This document shows, in pieces, positions 28,189 through 40,099 of a DNA stretch of 64,000 nucleotides (position 1 is its first letter; each line of letters opens with the position of its first letter). The position numbers were made by a program, and so were the translations under genes. Source of the stretch: Podarcis erhardii. Its lineage: Eukaryota. The notes beneath the pieces were generated by a model. It was given only the letters and a program-made list of their open reading frames with translations, did no database searches and was not told where the DNA came from. Location: assembly GCA_964252035.1 (NCBI GenBank), contig OZ176200.1. The stretch is one strand, 5' to 3'.

Positions 28189-29237
28189 TTTCAGAAGTAC
28201 ACAGCAACAATGGAAGAGGGGCAGGATCAGGGCTGTAAGTAAACTTCCTTTGTAGGTTCTTTGAAAAAGAACAATAGCTAAGGATTAGTAAGACAAGCCA
28301 TTCCTCTTTTGTTTCAAAGGATAACACCTGAATGATCATTCCAGCCAGAAAGGTTTTGATTATACAGTGCAGCACAGAAGTCATACAAGATTCTGCCTTC
28401 CTTTTTTAAACACTTTCTAGAAGGTGCTGTGATTTGTTTTTGCAATTTCTTGAAGAGATTCATGGGGTGAGTGTGGAATTGGTGAAGACTGGGAGACGGC
28501 TGGGGCACTTTGCAGGATTCCTTGCTCACAAGTAGACCTTTTGTTCCTTGACACCTTCCCAGGATCACCAAAAATGTCTGTGTATCACATCAGCTGTGGG
28601 CGGATCAGAGCAACAGGCATTCCTGAGGCATCCTCACTTATGATCTAAACTTAGTAAAGGGATGCATGCAACAGTTCTTGTTCAAGAAATGGTGATTCTG
28701 GCTCTGAACAAACATGGTGCTCATCTACACTTACCTCTTGCCCTGCACTTGCTAGGCACAGGTCTGTGCTTTAAAGTGCTATGCCAGAGTTATTTCTTTT
28801 TGCCCAGGGCTTTCCCTGCAAAAACTCGCTCTTTAATGCTGAACTGGAATAAACCACAATAATTCAGGTTTCCCACATATTGTGGTTTGCTCCAATTCAG
28901 CGGTAAAGGACTGGGCCAAAAATAAAAAGCGCTCACTTTAAGACCTGTGCCTAGAAATACCCACAGCCAGGGCAGTACCAGGAAAAGAGTGCTGGAGTGG
29001 CATAGAATGGGAGAGAGAGAAACAGGCAAACTGAGGCACAGGATTGTGTGTAGGCAACAGCACAGAGAGGGTAGTGGTTGTGTATAGTGGGACAAAAGAG
29101 TATATATTAAGCAGAGATACCAATTCTGCCTCTCTCTCTGAGACCTGAGGAGAGTGCAAGGCTTTACCAGTGTCTCAACACTAGAAGAAAATCCACCATC
29201 TTTACATGTGCTGTGGGCAGAGCTGTACATTATAAGG

Positions 29238-29423
29238 CAGGTGTGTCCATTGTCCATTTTGGGGGCTGGTCGGTTTAATCCGGCCCCTGTGGCAGTTTAT
29301 TTCCTGGGGTAAAAAAAACTTCAGCAACTTCAACCCTGAAAAAAGATTGGCCCTTTGGTCAGCCCTCATGGCCCTTCACTTCATCAAATCTGCCCCTCTT
29401 TGAAAAAAGTTTGGACACCACTG
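29238..29423. mobile_element. hAT-type non-autonomous element, degenerate
   Basis: Ends in ttcacttcatcaaatctg...ctctttgaaaaaagtttggacaccactg, shared with 53500-53728; TIR-like ends; no TSD found. Confidence 0.6.
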
Positions 29424-30427
29424 GGGAAACACAGAGTTGCCAACCCAGCATTTTCCTTGAACTGGGCATGGGGGACACTTGCAAAGGAGTATTGTCAAGT
29501 GGGAGGGTGCTGACCCCTTATGAAAAGGCACATGTCCCCGCCTACCTTGTGAGGTAGGACAGGTTGGAAAGCTCCTTGTGTGTGATTGACTGCCAGCACC
29601 TCCTAGGTTCCCCTGACTTTGAAGGCGGTGGGGTTTCAGAGCTATGGGGTTTCCTGAGACGAGGGAAGTAAATGCTTATCAGGTCCACTGGTCGCCACCA
29701 GCCCAGACCCCACCCTGCTACTCCTGTTTATCCCTCCATACAAATGAGTAGCATATAACCCACAATAGCTTGGCACTTGAGTAAGGCCAAACTTGTGAGG
29801 TAGCACAATACTGTACTTCTTCAATTCCTGGCCTATAATTCCAGTTGCTTATTAAATGATTCAAGATAAAAGAGGAAAAGGAAGAGGAGGCTGCAGAAAA
29901 AGAAAAGAAATGGCAATTTGTTTTCTAGCTAACTTTTACACAGTTTCTAAGTCAGTTTAACATTTACATAAAACTCTGCATCCTTTACAGCAGAGATGCA
30001 CTGGACTCCTTTGGAGGCCCCGACAAGGAATAAGCCATATTCAGGGTGAACAGAGACAAAGACATACTCAAGCCACCTTACTTTTATGCTGTTTTCCAGA
30101 AGGGGGCTATGGGAGAGGGATGCAATCAGTAAGAGAGGATCTTTGGGTTCACCAGTTCCAGCATGTAGCAGAATAACAATACATAACACTTTGGTAGCTC
30201 AGGGAAATAGTTTTAGGAAACCGCAAACCCAAGGCAATCTCTCCTAGCTAGACACTGTATGGATAGGGAATTTCTTAAAATGAGAAGACATTTCTTAAAG
30301 TGATAGGAAGGTGGCGCCATTGCTTTCATCACACAGTCTTCTCCCAGGCGCCAGCTCTTCCCCTAGATTCTCACAGGCTGTTTCTCATTAGCCACACACA
30401 CTCCTGACTCAAAGTATGAAGTAACCC

Positions 30428-30453
30428 GTGTGTGTGTGTGTGTGTGTGTGTGT
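30428..30453. repeat. (GT)13 microsatellite
   Basis: Directly visible. Confidence 0.95.
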
Positions 30454-30849
30454 ATACAGTCATGGGAAGTGCATTTTCATAACAGCAGACCTAGGAGAAT
30501 TTAAGTTCCTCTACCTCCTGCCTGCTTTTGCAAGTGTCGCCTCAGCCCCTGCCTGTTTGCAACCCCGAGTCTTCACTGCCAGCATCAGGAAATTTGAGCA
30601 GTTACATCGTCTGCAATAATGCCTTCCCAGCACTCACAAGTTCGAAGCAGTCCAACACAATGTGGGGGGGATATCTTCCAAATGTCACCTTGCTCAACCA
30701 CCTTCAGCATGAGTGCTTTGTTATTAATTATGGCTTTGGAAGAACTTCCTGTATACATTCTGCCTGAGAAGACATAGTGAAACCACATCAGAAACTAACT
30801 GCTTTTGGTCCCCACCTTACCTTCCAAGATATGCCATACATCCCTCCCT

Positions 30850-31075
30850 TTGAAGACACTCGAACTCAGGACGCAAGGGAGAAATGTGCTAAGAGGAAGG
30901 CACACTTGGCAAATCCACACCGTGATCAACTACCGCACAGAAACCAATGTCCCCACTGTGGCAGGGCGTGTGGATCCAGAATTGGCCTCCACAGTCACTT
31001 ACAGACTCATTGTTAAAACTGTGTTTATGGAAGACAATCTTACTTGGCTACAAGTGATCACCAAAAAAGAAGAAG
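30850..31075 (+). mobile_element. RTE-clade LINE 3' end
   Basis: Encodes ...AREKCAKRKAHLANPHRDQLPHRNQCPHCGRACGSRIGLHSHLQTHC-stop (C2H2-like RTE ORF terminus), followed by a short 3' UTR and a (GAA)n-like tail. Confidence 0.8.
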
Positions 31076-31919
31076 CATTCAGACAGTTGCCTTCCGAACC
31101 AAAAGAGCGATGGCAAGGCTGTCCATTTCTAGTGCCTGAGATAAAAAACAAAACAAAAAAACAAATGGCATCCCTTGTGCTAAATGAAATAAACAGGAAG
31201 TCCATAAGAACACAATGGTGACCTATATCAAAATCAATTTGTGTATAAATGTTTTTGCCCTCACTGAAGAACAAAAAACTCCCACTTGATTGTGGACCTG
31301 ACTTTAAGGTCTGCCACCTCCTTCAGGGCTGTGCTTGAAGTCATATCCATTTGTGCTAACCGACACAACTAGTCCCTTGCACAGTGTGGGGCTTCCATAG
31401 ATCCTGCCTGAGGTAACAAAGCATTTATTGGAGAGCATTATTGATGTGGCAGGCAGAGGGCCCCCTCAGACTGTGCAATCTTTATGTAGTCAGGGAAGAA
31501 GAACCTGAAGTGGATTTGTTTACATTTTTTGCTCCCCAAACAGGGCTTTGGAACACAAGCCCTCTGAATGTTTCATTTTCTCTTACATCATTTTTCATGG
31601 CCCTGGGACTAAGCTGACTCTTCATGTACTCTTCACAGGAGATTTGTCTTCTTCCCTGTCATTTGTGGATGCCGCGGACGGAGAACTTGTTAGGTGAGTG
31701 AAGAGCTTGCGTAACTGGTAGTCACTAGAATCCTGTGTCTTTTTTTTTTTTTTTTTTTTTGGTAATGCTAATATAAAGATGTTTTGCCACTTTCCAAAAG
31801 ACATCAAGCTCTTCAGTTCCTTCTAAGACCTTTGCACTGAATGATCTCTCATTGTACATGCTTCAGTACCTGCAGGTTTGACAACACACACACACATCAA
31901 GATCTTCAATTACACAAAC

Positions 31920-32160
31920 AATGTAGATGATTTTGTTGAAATATAACATCCTTTTATGAAATACTTTACTGATAACCCTGAAGAATGGCAACCACCGAAA
32001 TCACAGACTGAACTCTGGCAAACTTAAATAGACTGATCAGTCCTGGAGTGGGTGGGGGGGCGTAAATTGGGGTTTTGATTTTGCATTTTCTCTCTCTTTT
32101 TTAAATTTTATTTTATTTTATTGCTGCTATATATTGGAAATCAATAAAACCTTTTTAAAA
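31920..32160 (+). mobile_element. Possible degenerate L1 3' end
   Basis: G-rich then T-rich 3' UTR-like stretch ending tggaaatcAATAAAacctttttaaaa. Confidence 0.35.
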
Positions 32161-33332
32161 AGAACTTCAATGCACTGTTGGCAATGTGATTAGTATTGTC
32201 ATGAAATTGAAGTTGAACTAAATGGGTTTTGGGGGTTCACCCTTCTGACTGCTTGTGGAAAAAAGACTGCTGAAAGAGACACTAGATGGACAAACTTAGC
32301 CTGGCAGATTCTCTTTTGCTGGGAGAAAGTGTCTTTGAATGACTCCACTGTTCTTATGCAAAGGCCACCAACCTCACCACTGGTTCTTTCTCTATCTCTT
32401 TCTCCAGGAGATCACAATGTGAGATTATGTCTTTCTGATGGAAAAGCTAGCAACTGACACCTAAACAAATAAATCTGTTATTACCTCCAGTGGCAATGAA
32501 AGCCCTATCAGTTACTGGGTTCACCAATTCCCCCTCCACTGCCAATTCCCAGAAGGAATGGTAAAGAACCCCAAAAGTTATGAAGGACCATATGTACTTC
32601 AGGCTTCTGCTGGAAAAGTGAATAAGGAACCAAATGCTGAGTTGTCTTATGCTTGGAACCTACATTCCAATGCCATTCACATAAGGAACAACCACCAGTT
32701 CCCTCCTCCATCAGCAGCTCCTACACAATCTATTCCAACCCCTTTCAGGCAGGGAGAGTTGCAAAAGGAAAGGGGGTGGGAAAGTCCCATTTCATGAATG
32801 TGAGTTCCATTCCATTCACAAAAAGGATAGTTCGGATCCAGTCCATAATCTTAGGTGTATTTGTAAATGCACCATCTGTTAAATGTACGTTGTCATGGAT
32901 ACATTTGTGGGTGGCACTCCTGGGTGAATGATGGAAGCTATGTAATACCACCATTTGCTTGTGACTATCACTGTGTGGAGAAAGTAGGGAAGGGCTGCAG
33001 GAGAAAGGAGGTTGGAACCTTTTTTCTGTGATCTAAAGCCACTCACCCACCAGTGCTGCTATTAGCTCCACCACAGGAAAACACAGGCACATGCATCATA
33101 CGTCTGCCTTTTTTAAAAACCCTTGCAGAGCAAACTGCAACCCTACAATGTAGATTGGTGAACCGATGGAGAACAGGGTTAAGACCTAGTATTCAAAGCA
33201 CCTGTGAGGGGCTGCTGATTAGCATTGCAAATGCAAGTAACCCTGCTCCCCGCAGCACATTTAGTTTGACCTTCAATTGATTTTAGACATTTTCTCAGCC
33301 CAACAGTCAGGCCTATAGTTGTGCTTAACAAA

Positions 33333-34149
33333 TGTAGAATTCTCTTACGTTGTGGTGAGATAAATTCAGGGTATTCTCCCCCAAATAGGAAGATGGATGC
33401 CTAGTCCAAGACTCTCCTGATCTTGTATAGAGCAAGTAGTCTTGTAGTAGTTACGATATCAAGGAAAGCTTCACAAGAGCAATTTAAACCATCTAAGTTG
33501 ACTTTATGCTTTCAGGTCACCCCGTCCCAGGCTCATCCCCTTCCTTAAGGAAAGGAAGATCTTCAAGGGACTTGCCCACTCATGAGGCAAGGCAAGACGA
33601 CCACCTTGGGCAGCAGGATCCACAGAATCCAGCCTCCAAGGAATGCACCACCAACCCCTGCTGCTGCTGCTGCTGCTGCTGTCGCAGTGCCAGCAACAGC
33701 TGTTGCATGCTTCTTGGAGGGAGGATCATCTGCCTCCTCGGCAGTTGTCTCCACAACAGCCTCTCAGGGAATAGGAGGCACTGCTGGTCTCCTCTTCCGC
33801 CTAGAGCTGCTCTTTGGGGTCTCCTGGGCTCTGCAGCTTCCCAGCATGATTCAGAACTGGCCAGCTTACAGTCTACTACTCCTTCCCCTTTCTGACTCCA
33901 GTTGAGTCATCTCTACAAATGGGTCAGCATGGAGCTGCAGGTGCCCTGACATAGAGGGAGACACTTCCTGGTGTGGGGCAAGGCTTGAAGGGTATGGTGT
34001 GTGGCTCTCGTCTGGGCATGATGTTGCTTCCTGGGTAGCCTTCTAGCACCTCTGGCTCCTGCACTACTGGCCTGAAAGGTCCAGTCAGGCCTGCACTTCT
34101 GAGTCGGCAGCTGGAGTGAGGACTACTCCTCAAGACTGGGGTTCTGACA
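33333..34149 (-). mobile_element. Possible solo LTR (Gypsy-like)
   Basis: TG...CA termini with a short imperfect inverted repeat (TGTAGAA / TTCTGACA); flanks CAAA / AAAA as an imperfect 4-bp TSD; GC-rich body with (CTG)8. Family assignment is inference. Confidence 0.4.
33658..33681. repeat. (CTG)8 trinucleotide repeat
   Basis: Directly visible. Confidence 0.95.
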
Positions 34150-34533
34150 AAAACTGCTAACTAATCTAGCACCGCAAAGCTGATCCACAAATAGGCTGAG
34201 GGAGGCTCAAAGCAGTTCAAGGTCAGTTTAAACCTGCATGGGTTTTCCACTCCCTGTCTCCATTGACATACCTTTCCCTATTGTTGTTGTTTATGAATCT
34301 TGGCTACACCCACCATTTTTCCCCAGGGGAAAGGCTGATTCCTGATAAAAGCAAGACCCTTGCTGTTTTGCTTCAGCACAGCTTAGACGGTGAAGTTGTC
34401 TTGTGGATTCCCTATGTATTCTCCTTGCTGAATGTGCACACGCACACTGAGCATAAGAATTTGTAAAAGGGTGGTCTGATGAAAGCCAGCATATTGTCTT
34501 ATTTCAGAACAATCCACAATCTGCTTAAATACA

Positions 34534-34763
34534 TAGTGGAACCTTGGGTTGCGGACGTAATCCGTGATGGAGGCACGTCTGCAACCAGCAGCGTTCGTAA
34601 CCTGCAGCGCCACGTCTGTGCACGGGCGTGATGCGATTTGGCGCTTCTGCACATGCACAAGTGACGAAACCCGGAAGTAACCCTTTCCAGTACTTCCGGG
34701 TTTCCCGCAGTCCACAACCCGAAAACATGTAACCCAAAGCGTTTGTAACCCAAGGTACCACTG
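34534..34763. mobile_element. Tc1/mariner-type MITE with related TIRs but a different interior
   Basis: Right end AACCCAAGGTACCACTG followed by TA; left end TAGTGGAACCTTGGGTT (15/17 match to the reverse complement of the right end); CpG-rich interior with a 13-bp perfect inverted repeat. Confidence 0.85.
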
Positions 34764-36962
34764 TACAGTACACGACTTGCATTTCTGGATCAGAGCAAGG
34801 TCCATTTCCCAAGAACTTTATATTAAATGGATTTCCACAGTAGTGACCAGCCACATTGCACAGAGCACTCATCTGAACATAAATGTGGCAGCATCCACAG
34901 TTGTTTGCCTAGTTGTGGCTAATTAGAAGAATTCTGCCTTTCCATTTAGGCCATGGGTCTAACAGCCCTGGTGGAACTATCCTATGTACCAGTTATCCCA
35001 GATGGGAGAAAGCAGTTCTTCTGTGATAAGGCATGTCATATGCATGCTCAGTTTGGGAGGTGAAGGAGTAAATCCACATCCAGAGTTAAGCACACCCTCT
35101 GGGTGGATCTACACCTGGGGGGGAAACTCTATGGAAAATCACAAAGAAATTTCTTTGCTTTCCAGCACCATCTAGTGTTGCATGTTCATAACTCATTCAA
35201 AACACAGTTTTTTGACTAATGTATCCGAGTCGTCTGTGTCCCTTGAAATACTACCAGGTCTCACTAGTCAGGGATTGTGCTAGCAACAACACTCCCATAC
35301 TTCCCACACATGGAGGGAGCTAGTGAACCCATGACATTGAGGAGTCTCCCCATCACAAACCCCTATATCAAATCCATGCCCATCACATGCAAAGTAACAC
35401 CACAAGAACCCTCCTTCCTGATTATCTCCAATGGCACAACCTTGGTCCTTCCAAGTCCCCAGGCATCCTTTAGGCAAGGATCTCAAGTCTACTTACACTG
35501 CTCATGTGTTGTGTTTTAGAGCACGATAAACATACAATGGGGAGGAAGGACACAGAGCCTAGCACCCACACAGCTTCCTGGACAAGAGTTCTGGGGCAAA
35601 GGTTAAAGACCCACCCAGAGAGAAAAAAAGAAAGCCAGGGGAGAGCCAAGACACTCAACAGGGGGAACCACAGGCACACCCTGATGACAGCAAACACAGC
35701 CACCCCTTCCAGTGACTCACTCAGCGTCACTCTGTAGGAAAGAGGAACTGGGAAGCAGGAGAGGAGTGTTTGAACCCCACCAGGCAGAATCTGAAAGAGA
35801 AGGTGCTCCCACTCACCTTTTGAAAGGTCTGGCGCAGGGGAACCAGTCATGTCAAGGCAAATGGGAGCTTCTGGAACTGAAACCCTTTCTGCAAGCTCTG
35901 CAGAGAAGTTCCCTACCCTTTTACCCACAGTAACAGACAGGAATCAGACAAATAATGGGGAACTAGTCTCTCTCCCACATCCCATAGGTTGTGCACACAC
36001 TCCTGTTTACTCTGCATCCAGTGTATTCCCACTACTGGTTCCGTAAGCAGTGTTCACAAGATGTTAGCCACAATCCATATCTATCTGTTGTTTCTTAGAA
36101 AACGCAGTACTTAGGAAATGTGTTTCTTATGAAATGATGCATTTCCTCTCAGCTTGAATTGAAGTAAAGAATAACCTGGCCACAAGGGCAGCTGTTTCCT
36201 GGGCTGCTGTTCCTCCCACTTCTGAGGGCAGTGAAACTACCAAGAGGACCCCCTCTGCCAATATTAGAGGGTCTGAACAGAAGGAGGCAGGCCTTCATAT
36301 ATTGACAACAGTAGAGGAGAACAACCCATTATCTAGCTCAGTCTCTTAACACCTTGGATTTGCTAAACTTGAGTGAATCATTGTCTTCTTGCCACTCCCA
36401 AACTGTGTTTTTCTGATTTTGATGCCCGATCAAGGAGAAGTGAGTGGTAAAGATCAAAGGCTTTCCCCCTACCTCTGTCCAAACACATATCGACAGCCTC
36501 TTGCGTGCATTGTGTGTTTCACTCACTCCAAGCTAGTCCAGTGGCCTGTTTTTCTGAACTTGTGGTATTAATTTCTTACGGGCTTTTCTGAGTCTGGTGT
36601 CTAGCTAGGTGCTTGAAGGCCAGGCATTTGACCTGATCCTGAATGGCAGTTTATGTGTTTATATTGCACAAGCTTGAAAAATAATTTCGTTTGAAAAGAT
36701 ATGGCACAGATACAGAAATAATTATTAAATATAGGGTGTGCCTGATTTGTTTTTCACGTTAATAAAGCAAATGTCCCTTACTCTTTTGGAACCTACCACA
36801 CATGGATTTTCCACATTCAGGGCCACCATTTCAGATTTCAGCTGTGGTGAAGGCAAACAGATGTTAGTGGGAAAGGATTAAGGGTCTCTGTCTAGTTTAA
36901 ATATATTTCAAGATTAAATTATGGCAAGAAGACTGTATTTTAAATTATAGCGACATTTTTCT

Positions 36963-37364
36963 TTTCTTTTTTTAAAATAATTTTTATTAAGGTTTTCCAA
37001 ATTAAAACAAATTAAATCCAATTTATAAACTTTTTCCAATAACTAGGACTTCCCCTCCCCACCCCCTCATGTATTCCAAATCTTCCAAATAAACAATTAG
37101 GTTCAACAAATTCTTATCCCCAAATTGCAATCATCCTCCATTACCCAGTTTAGCGTAATTCCCATCCCCCTAAGATCGATCTATTCCCTTCCACGAGTTT
37201 CCCCCTTTCAAACATAATACAAAAAAACAACAACAACAACATAGAATTAAATAATAATTTTACAACCTTTGGATTCCAACTTTCCCTCCCCTTTTTCCCT
37301 GTTACGTTCCTCCTAGCCCTCCATCTCTAATATCTTCCTGGAGTTCCCACATTGCGTTAAACCC
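36963..37364 (-). mobile_element. 5'-truncated L1-type retrotransposon (3' UTR + A tail)
   Basis: Perfect 16-bp TSD ATAGCGACATTTTTCT at 36947-36962 and 37365-37380; the minus strand has AATAAA followed by an A-rich tail. Confidence 0.88.
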
Positions 37365-38219
37365 ATAGCGACATTTTTCTACCTCATAGTAACTTTAACA
37401 GTGTCTTCAACATGAGTCAAAAGTATCATTCCTTTGAAGTGTGAGTCAAGAAAATATGCCCACTTAATGGTTTATCACAGTAGTCAACCTGTATGTAGTG
37501 AGTAATCCAGAAAGATAGGTGTTCCTGAGAAATCATTGTTTTTGACCTTATTCCGAAACAGATGTCCCTGACTTCCCTAAATGGAGTCCCTGCCCATTAT
37601 CCCGCTTCCTGAGATCAACCCACAGCATCCTCAGCTTTCAAGGGGAGAACAGCCTTTCATCTTTAAAAACGCAATTATGCAGGAAAAACTGATGAGCTCA
37701 GAAAAGACTTTTGTCTTTGGCCAGATGGACAGAGATGGTTGATACCACACTGGACTCTAGGGGCTATATATTGTTAAAGGGGGGAAACCTTAAGGGAATT
37801 GGAAGGGGTGGGAAAAGGGCACTTTGGGCTTGAGGATTAGAAAACCCAGCTTCTGTTGAAGCTGTGAGCCACGGTCTATACTAGGCCTCTGCTTCAACAG
37901 GACCTGCATTCACTGGGAGAAATGAAGAAAACCAAGGAACCCGGCAGCAAAGGGATGTCTGGAAGTGAAGTTGGGTTGTTCCTCATGTTCTTACAATAAA
38001 AGGATATTACTGAGATGGGTAACTCTGGGAGCCATATTTCAGTGTTGGGAGTCTATAACATCCCTCATCTTGCAGAAAATCCTCAACTAATCAAAGATGT
38101 TGTGCCACTGCACCTTTAGGAGGCACGCCCTCATAGCAAAGGCTCTTCCCGAAACATTTGTGAAGAATTTGGGTTGGGTTGTTTTTAATTTTCCCATGTA
38201 AAGTACCCAAGCTTAATAA

Positions 38220-38631
38220 TTTTTTTTTAAAATAAATATTTATTAAAGTTTTTGAATACAAGTACACAAATAATAAACAATCTTACTTCCAACACAACGT
38301 AGTTTCATCAATTCTTTGGACTCCCTCACGTCTCCCGCTCCCATTTACATCGTTAAAAGGTTTTTCCAAGCAAATTATCAACTTGTTTACGGTCTTATAT
38401 CCACTCATTTAAATATAATCTAGCAATTCTCCAAAAAAATTATGTTTTCTTTAATCTCACTTATCATCGAGTTCAAATCTAGTTTAGTGGTGGCCAATTT
38501 TTTATAATCTAGCATCCTTCTTAACATTCAACCAAGTTACAATGTTTTTGTAAATACATCTTAAATTTCTTCCAATCTTCTTCAATCCTCTCTTCTCCCA
38601 GGTCTCGGATTCTGCCAGTCATCTCGGCCAG
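38220..38631 (-). mobile_element. 5'-truncated L1 (ORF2 C-terminus + 3' UTR + A tail)
   Basis: Perfect 12-bp TSD CAAGCTTAATAA at 38208-38219 and 38632-38643; the minus strand begins LAEMTGRIRDLGEERIEEDWKKFKMYLQKHC-stop (L1 ORF2-like end), then AATAAA and an A tail. Confidence 0.88.
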
Positions 38632-38873
38632 CAAGCTTAATAAAATTTAGATGATCTAACTATTAAATGTACCCTTGCTTGAAAAAAAAAATCCCTACTG
38701 GGATTAGTTAGAAACGCTGACAAATTAATTAAATGTTGCACATGTAGGCTACTGGGTATGCCCAAGCCATTCAGTTGACAATAAAGCCCTGCACTGGCAG
38801 CGGAGAGAGAACTGGAAAAATTCAGCTGGACCTCTTCAGAACAGCCACAAGGGAAATTAGGGAAATGTCAAAA

Positions 38874-38878
38874 CTCTC

Positions 38879-38920
<42 letters not shown>
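38874..38920. repeat. (CT)n microsatellite
   Basis: Directly visible, one interruption. Confidence 0.95.
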
Positions 38921-38923
<3 letters not shown>

Positions 38924-39391
38924 TCTTGGTTTGGAAGAATATCACAGTTCAAAAGCCTACCAATTTATAGAGAGAAAAGTCAGGCATGCATAAAAACTTT
39001 AGTCTGAACAAGGGAGGAATTAAGGAAGACACTCCCCCACATTCCCTTTTCCTTATCTTACATTCCTTATGGTTTTGAATTAATAGACTTAAAGGATTAT
39101 GTGTGGAAATCTCAGGTAAAATGTTACTAACTGGAGTATCTGTGACAGAAGGAACTCTCCCTAAAGTATGTCACACCTCATCAAGGAAAAGCAGGAGGAG
39201 CAAAATTGTGACACATGGGGGGTTGGGTTTTGGTTAAAATTAGGGGACGGAATACAAGACTGGTGGTGACTAAAAAGGCCTTAAAAGGGTGACAGCGTTT
39301 ATGAAAGCTTGCTATTCAGAAGTCAGTCCTGGATATGTTTTGCCCATGTGTTGAATTTGATTACAGCTTATGCTAAAATAAATATGCACCA

Positions 39392-39545
39392 CATTGGAAG
39401 GTTATGACTCTCCATCACTGGAGGTTTTTAAGCAGTGGTTGGATGATCATATGCCATGGATGCTTTTGCTGAGATTCCTGCATTGCAGGGGGTTGGACTA
39501 GATGACCCTTGGGGTCCCTTCCAACTCAACTCCACGATTCTATGA
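39392..39545 (+). mobile_element. CR1 LINE 3' end
   Basis: ggggttggactagatgacccttggggtcccttccaactc...gattctatga is the typical CR1 terminus, shared with the SINE tail at 5.8 kb. Confidence 0.8.
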
Positions 39546-40099
39546 GAATACCTGTGTTATTACTATTAACACTGTTTACTTTGTCACACAAAATCTAAAG
39601 GCATTTTCATATGTGTTGGCCCGCATGAAAAATTCCAAAATCCACACTCGGGCAATACTTCTGTTATTATGCCAACCAAAATGTTACAGTAGCTTAGATA
39701 CTATTTTGTGATATTTTGGTTGGCCTAATAAGGGTGTTGCCCTAATATGGATTTTGGAACTGCTTCATCTTCTAAATCTATCCTTCTCTGGGTCATCAGG
39801 ACCAGCATTTGTGCTTCTTTGCCATATAGAAAAAGCACCGCTAAGGTTTCGATACAAGAATGCATTTGTATTGGAGGTCATTTGGTACATCACTCCATCT
39901 GATGTGAAAATCTTAAGCCTGCTTCATTCAGCAGCCAACCAATTAAACTTTCTCTTGCCTTTGGCACAAGGGAAAAATCTTTCCCAGTTCCTCCTTCTGA
40001 GCAGCAGGGATTATCTGTGCACCGCTGAAATGAGCCAGCCCTCCCTTCCCCTCCTGCAACAATAAATGCCACTTTGATTTAGAATGAGCGGCTTGTTTT

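Noticed and set aside
30777-31016. CPHCGRACGSRIGLHSHLQTHC as a zinc-finger gene
   Set aside because: It is the standard C-terminus of an RTE-clade LINE ORF, 5'-truncated.
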